64,000 nt of DNA from Chara braunii (lineage: Eukaryota; Plantae; Charophyceae): assembly GCA_003427395.1 (NCBI GenBank), contig BFEA01000026.1, forward strand, positions 198,948 through 262,947, written 5' to 3'. The notes under the pieces were generated by a model. That model was not told the DNA's origin. It made no database searches and saw only the letters and a program-made list of their open reading frames with translations. Position numbers and translations under genes: made by a program. Position 1 is the stretch's first letter. Every line of letters begins with the position of its first letter. This document shows positions 63,012-64,000 of this stretch, one piece after another.

Positions 63012-64000
63012 CACAGCCAGGCACCAAGAGGAATGTGCACCCATATTATGTGTTCCCTGTAGCTGCATACTGCAACTGCTGCACCTGAGCACAGAATGTT
63101 TGCAGCCCTTAGGGCATGCGTTATACACCCCAGGCCATTTTCTTCATCTGTAGTTCTAGGTCCTCCGTGGAACCACAATGGCACTGCGAAGGGTGTGCAC
63201 TTTGGGAGAGGGGTTTGAAGGGGGGCATGGAGAGGGTATTTGGTTGAAGGATAGGTCGTAGTTCATCATGGCATTTTAGATGGTCATTCCCCAATAAAAT
63301 ATCAAATAGTACAAGAGGTTGAGGCCTACGCCCACATGTCTCTTCACAATGAGGCACAGGGAGGCGAGAAGAGAGTGTACCTACTTGGGTGATTTTTCCT
63401 GCTCAAAGTATTTAGCAAAAAACAAGACAAAATTCAGTCTCATAAATTGAGTACCGATTTTTTCGAGAAAAAAAATATTTAAAAAGATTTTTTGTTTTAA
63501 TCCTTAATGAGAGAAAACATGTTGGCCGCAACAAAACGCAATTTTGTCTCCCTGGTGCTACAAGTAGGCCCACGTTGTTGAGGTTCGGTGGATCGTGCTA
63601 AAAAAAACGAGTATATTCATTAAAAAGGCAAGAGGGGCGGTGTCGGCCACATCGGTCCCACGGGTGGACCCTCCCCTCCCGGCCTCATCACACAGGATTT
63701 TGCATGACTTCTCGCAGAGCGTTGCTACTCCAGCCGATTGCGCCAACCATACCTTTTGTGAACTCCTACGACAGGATAGGGTCAAGCGAAACACAACTTA
63801 CCTTCACCCGTGGGAGTTGTCACCATTTCTTAGGTGAGCGTATCCCCGTTGAGCTACTAAACCATGTACAAAAGTTTTTCGTATGCAATCGCAGAGGTGT
63901 CCCAACCGATAATATTTCTCATTCGCTGTAGCATAGGGGGTATGCACGGTCAACGTCCGAATCGGATTCGTCTGCGAACCGATGCTTGAGGAGTTGATAA

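Overview
Eukaryotic, repeat- and microsatellite-rich green-lineage DNA. Gene style and repeats fit a charophyte alga such as Chara, which is an inference. There are two protein-coding genes, both on the minus strand. The first is an intronless Rubisco accumulation factor 1 (RAF1, 7104-8900). The second is a ~33-kb multi-exon homologue of the plant eIF4E-binding protein CBE1, reconstructed by hand from GT-AG sites and phase continuity (CDS 60563->27557, ~1755 aa). That gene has a run of 21-51 nt micro-exons, a YxxxxLL motif, candidate duplicated and poison cassette exons, and a Met-Cys uORF. Between the genes is a decayed L1/Tx1-type LINE with a poly(A) tail. Non-coding features are four U6 and one U2 snRNA-derived copies (all + strand), hammerhead-ribozyme-core repeats in (AT)n tracts, hAT and CACTA-like MITEs, and two copies of a TSD-less element with asymmetric inverted repeats. 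One copy of that element splits a U6 copy, which exposes an ACAC target site, and each copy lies just upstream of one of the two genes. Three N gaps and a Nextera/Tn5 adapter are assembly artefacts.
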